Positions 32,708 through 37,412 of a DNA stretch of 37,412 bases are shown here, in pieces. The stretch is from Rhynchopus sp. YZ270_cl-10 (Eukaryota). Under the pieces are notes generated by a model. That model saw only the letters and a program-made list of their open reading frames with translations. It had not been told where the DNA came from and ran no database searches. A program made the position numbers and the translations under genes. Location of the stretch: the NCBI GenBank assembly GCA_964035575.1, contig OZ037835.1:2232001-2269412 (forward strand). Reading direction: 5' to 3'. Each line of letters begins with the position of its first letter. Position 1 is the first letter of the stretch.

Positions 32708-33989
32708 ATGAACACCATGAAGATTAAGCGGAAGCCAGTGCCTCCCGGAGATTTGTCTTCCACCTCAAGGTGATACAAATTTGTATAACTGTGTCCACCA
32801 GGAGGTCATCTCTGCCATTGAGGAGTCAGTTGGGGGAATAAAGATGAAGGTCAGTAAGGAAAGGAGGAATCAGCTGAAGCGGGACCTGAGGCTTACAGAG
32901 GCTGTATATGCAAAGGCCATGCATGAACGTGCAGCAAACCCTTCAGAAAACCCTGCAGTGGTGTGTTCCCCTGATGCTGATGGAAGCCCCATTGATGATA
33001 AAGAACACGAAATCAACAACCCGGCATGTGGAAGGTCTCTTGTAGTAACTCCCTGGACAAAGGATGAAGAAGAACAACCGATGGATTTCTATCCTTTTAC
33101 ATTTCCAGAGGGGGGATGGTATGTTAGCATTACATTATGGTTACAGTAATTATTGTACATTTTTAATTAAATAATACACTACAATTTATACAGGGAATAT
33201 ATCCACAACAACGTTCCAGAAGCTTCTCATCCACAAAAAAATGTAACAACTACAGTTTCTGAAAAAAATAGGTATGTTTTTTTCGTGGTCAACAACTTTA
33301 AAACCATTACCAATATTTTACAGGAACAATGAGAATAATATTCAACATGTTCTGAGCAGGTTCAACCTCGGACAAATTGACGTTACTGGTGATGGAACGT
33401 GTTTCTATCACGCCATACAGCAGCTCCTCACTGGAAAAAGAAATGATGGTCATGCTCTACGCAGAAGATTTGCAGAGTTCTTGCTCAGGAATGAGATTAT
33501 GATCCAGGAGCATCCCTTACTTTTTGATGATGAAGAGAAAAAAAAAAGGTATGTAGCATTTGTATTTGTGCAAACCCGCAAACCCGCAAACCTAAACTTT
33601 TCTACCACACCTGTAAACAAAACAGGAACTTTGATGACCTTCTTCAACGCGTCACAAATAATGCCGATGACAGTTATGCGCAGGAGGTAGAAGTAGCACT
33701 GATGTCTCTCATGCTTAGGTCTCTTATCACAGTAGTCACTTCTAGGACCTATGAGACAGAAGGATATTCTTGCTTTCATTTTTTGCCAAAGGGGCAATCT
33801 CCTGAAGATGTTCTTATGCAAATACCATCAGAAAAGAGACTGCTGATAGTGCAAACTTATCAACCTCCCCACTTCAACATTGGTACAGGAACTCCAGAAA
33901 ATGTACTGAAAGCACATAAAAAAGCCCTAATTTACCCCACATTTCCAGACAATCACCTTTCTGACTTTCAACCGGGTGATCTTGACTAA
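32708..33989 (+). CDS. Stand-alone OTU-like cysteine protease paralogous to the RepHel C-terminus; introns 33119-33193, 33272-33323, 33549-33625; 5' exon structure unresolved
   Basis: Three phase-2 gtatg...cag introns join the ORF pieces into ...VTGDGTCFYHAIQQ...EHPLL...YAQEVEVALMSL...FHFL...PPHFNIGTGTPE. This is colinear with RepHel VLGDGTCFYHAVDQ...HHPLI...YAEQIEFALVSL...FHFL...PDHFNIGTGSPE. The ATG at 32708 is not in frame by the obvious splice. Confidence 0.8.
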
Positions 33990-34739
33990 AAAAATTTTTT
34001 CCTTTTTTTCTTTACAGTAAATTACTGTAAAAGACTTTTATTTTTATTTTTATTTTTTTTTTCTTCCCAGCCGGAGAGAATCAGATTAAATCTCTTGTGA
34101 TGAAGAAATATTTGTTTGAACATGTTCATTGGATTGAAAAAAAATATGAGAAAAAAAAAACTGGGTAAGCTTAGCCCATCTAAAAAAAAGGATTTTATTT
34201 TTGTTTCTGTTTCACTGTTTTTTTAAACTGTTTTTGTGGAGTTCGTTTAGTTTTAAAAAAAATCAATTAGTTTGGAAATTGTAGCAGTTTTTATTTTTAC
34301 AGAGACTTTTTGACCGGTTTGATCAGCAGTTTTTGTTGTTTTTTTCTTCCCAGCCGGAGATACTCTCTTGTGATGAAGAAAATATTTTTGTCTTGGATTA
34401 AAAAAAATAAGGAAATATAGGGTTTGCGGGTTTTCGGGTTTGCGGAAGAGGTTAAAACATAGCTTTAAAAAAAGACTACACCTTGAAGAAGGCGCTCACT
34501 TTGGCGGGTGAGAGTATTGTCATGCCATAAAAATAAAAAGATCAAAAATGAGAAAAGGAAAAAGAAAAAGAAAAAGAAAAAACACACAAAATGACTGAAT
34601 AGCTCACGCACTTTTACTGTTTCTTTTTTCCTATCCTCATCACCACCACTTCCCACACAGAAACCTACACATACCTGATATTCAATTCATCCATACAAAT
34701 GAATTTTGTAATCTTGATCAGTGCACAGATTATGTACCT

Positions 34740-35260
34740 GGGAAAATTTTTTTGGTCAAAATCCTGGTTTTTGCGGTCTCACACGTGTGTATGACCAAAT
34801 TTTAGGTGGTCAAAAGTGGAGTCTGACCCCCATGTCCCGGTCATAAAAATTTCCTGTGAAGCCATTGACGAAGGAACTTTGCACTTTTGATCACTGCACA
34901 CTATGTACTGACCAAAAAACCCACACAAAACACCAAAAACACCAAAAATCATGAAAAAACTGATCCATGCATTTTAGGTCAAAAATACCCATTTCTCAGC
35001 GCAAATTGACCCCACCACAGCACGCACAGACTCCGGAGAGCCAAAATCAAAAAATTTTTTTTTCGATTTTTTGTAGGCAAAAATTGCTGGGAAAAATTTT
35101 TTGGTCAAAATCCTGGTTTTTGGGGTCTCATACATGTGTATGACCAAATTTTAGGTGGTCAAAAGTGGAGTCTGACCCCCATGTCCAGGTTATGGAAATG
35201 TCATATGAAGCCATTGCTGAAGGAATTTTGCACTTTTGCGCATCAACAATTATGTACTGG
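34740..35260 (+). repeat. 349-bp satellite, ~1.5 monomers
   Basis: Same monomer sequence; the first part is more diverged. Confidence 0.9.
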
Positions 35261-35870
35261 GCATTTTTCCCACACAAATTTGACCCAGTACTCAAGGTCA
35301 ATTTGACCTTGGTTCTTCTCTCAGGGTCTTCTGACCAATTTTTAACATGTCTAAAATGGTATCTGACCCCCATGTCCAGGTCATAAAAACGCCCAATCAG
35401 TCCATTAAAGCCACAGATTTGATGTTTTGAGTAGTTGTGGTTAAATGTGGCCCAATTTTCCCAGCCAAAAAATGACCCCAAAAATCACGAAAAAAAATAT
35501 TTTAAAGCCGATACACTTACACACCTAAATTTGGCCCAATATGTCCAATGTGGTCCTCCAGGGTTGCAATGGCCTCATTTTATGGGCATACTGGCCATAT
35601 TTCATACTTATGTCACATTTTGAAATTTTCGTCACATACAATACACACACCTTAGAACCACAAAATATCGTCAATTCCTTCACAAAAATAGCCGTGAAAT
35701 GCCGCACCCATTTTAGGTATCTTCAGAAAATGCTAACATCCAAACCCAGTACATTACGTCGTTTTTGGGCCCCAATCTACCGGAGTGTATTATCAGAAAT
35801 ACTGGGACCACGCGATCCAGCAATCCTGCAGCGTCGCCATTTTGTACCCCTCAAACCCGTAATAACTAGA

Positions 35871-37412
35871 AACCCGCAAACCCGCAAACCCGCAAACCCG
35901 CAAACCCGCAAACCCGCAAACCCGCAAACCCGCAAACCCGCAAACCCGCAAACCCGCAAACCCGCAAACCCGCAAACCCGCAAACCCGCAAACCCGCAAA
36001 CCCGCAAACCCGCAAACCCGCAAACCCGCAAACCCGCAAACCCGCAAACCCGCAAACCCGCAAACCCGCAAACCCGCAAACCCGCAAACCCGCAAACCCG
36101 CAAACCCGCAAACCCGCAAACCCGCAAACCCGCAAACCCGCAAACCCGCAAACCCGCAAACCCGCAAACCCGCAAACCCGCAAACCCGCAAACCCGCAAA
36201 CCCGCAAACCCGCAAACCCGCAAACCCGCAAACCCGCAAACCCGCAAACCCGCAAACCCGCAAACCCGCAAACCCGCAAACCCGCAAACCCGCAAACCCG
36301 CAAACCCGCAAACCCGCAAACCCGCAAACCCGCAAACCCGCAAACCCGCAAACCCGCAAACCCGCAAACCCGCAAACCCGCAAACCCGCAAACCCGCAAA
36401 CCCGCAAACCCGCAAACCCGCAAACCCGCAAACCCGCAAACCCGCAAACCCGCAAACCCGCAAACCCGCAAACCCGCAAACCCGCAAACCCGCAAACCCG
36501 CAAACCCGCAAACCCGCAAACCCGCAAACCCGCAAACCCGCAAACCCGCAAACCCGCAAACCCGCAAACCCGCAAACCCGCAAACCCGCAAACCCGCAAA
36601 CCCGCAAACCCGCAAACCCGCAAACCCGCAAACCCGCAAACCCGCAAACCCGCAAACCCGCAAACCCGCAAACCCGCAAACCCGCAAACCCGCAAACCCG
36701 CAAACCCGCAAACCCGCAAACCCGCAAACCCGCAAACCCGCAAACCCGCAAACCCGCAAACCCGCAAACCCGCAAACCCGCAAACCCGCAAACCCGCAAA
36801 CCCGCAAACCCGCAAACCCGCAAACCCGCAAACCCGCAAACCCGCAAACCCGCAAACCCGCAAACCCGCAAACCCGCAAACCCGCAAACCCGCAAACCCG
36901 CAAACCCGCAAACCCGCAAACCCGCAAACCCGCAAACCCGCAAACCCGCAAACCCGCAAACCCGCAAACCCGCAAACCCGCAAACCCGCAAACCCGCAAA
37001 CCCGCAAACCCGCAAACCCGCAAACCCGCAAACCCGCAAACCCGCAAACCCGCAAACCCGCAAACCCGCAAACCCGCAAACCCGCAAACCCGCAAACCCG
37101 CAAACCCGCAAACCCGCAAACCCGCAAACCCGCAAACCCGCAAACCCGCAAACCCGCAAACCCGCAAACCCGCAAACCCGCAAACCCGCAAACCCGCAAA
37201 CCCGCAAACCCGCAAACCCGCAAACCGCAAACCCGCAAACCCGCAAACCCCGCAAACCCGCAAACCCGCAAACCCGCAAACCCGCAAACCCGCAAACCCG
37301 CAAACCCGCAAACCCGCAAACCCGCAAACCCGCAAACCCGCAAACCCGCAAACCCGCAAACCCGCAAACCCGCAAACCCGCAAACCCGCAAACCCGCAAA
37401 CCCGCAAACCCC
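35871..37412 (+). repeat. Long (AAACCCGC)n array, ~190 units, runs off the window
   Basis: Read directly; two small indels near 37225-37250. Confidence 0.98.

Larger units (their letters stand above)
32498..35870 (-). mobile_element. Putative non-autonomous Helitron-like unit, 3373 bp, carrying an OTU gene
   Basis: Minus strand reads TCTAGTTATTAC...CTTG. The right ~0.9 kb matches the preceding units; the interior is replaced by the OTU gene. Confidence 0.55.

Noticed and set aside
34011..34390. Small hairpin (tttacagtaa-a-ttactgtaaa) and short local duplication downstream of the OTU gene
   Set aside because: AT-rich and short, with no second context in the window to support a function.
35777..37407. 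Long ORFs of RVCGFAGL / NPQTRKPA repeats (also near 2030, 4888, 24110, 28037, 32156)
   Set aside because: They are translations of the stop-free 8-bp microsatellite, open in several frames on both strands.
35871..37412. True telomere at the right end of the window
   Set aside because: The C-rich strand runs 5'->3' toward that end, which is the wrong polarity for a right-hand chromosome terminus.

Overview
Eukaryotic, repeat-rich DNA, probably from a euglenozoan protist with short cis-introns (diplonemid/euglenid-like). This is inferred from the actin signature residues, the kinetoplastid-style CCCH protein and a C-terminal HDPY motif. The window is a chain of segments separated by six (AAACCCGC)n arrays. 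Most segments read 5'-TC...CTNG-3' on the minus strand and join the arrays in exact repeat phase with no target duplication, which resembles Helitrons sitting in a telomere-like repeat. The largest segment (~5102-24374) has a minus-strand cluster: an intact 2019-aa Helitron Rep/PIF1-helicase with a C-terminal OTU protease, a 158-aa mini-Rep and a spliced C2H2 zinc-finger gene. It also has a plus-strand cluster of full-length cellular-type genes: a tandem CCCH protein, a LOTUS/wHTH-like HDPY protein, actin with one intron and an Arf GTPase. The gene block is bracketed by ~270-bp hairpin-bearing direct repeats. The other segments have no Rep gene. They carry a 349-bp satellite, and one carries an intron-containing stand-alone OTU paralog. 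A 177-bp satellite, conserved hairpin clusters and a 53-nt motif with compensatory changes are also present. Element termini and gene capture are inferences and are not proven from this window.
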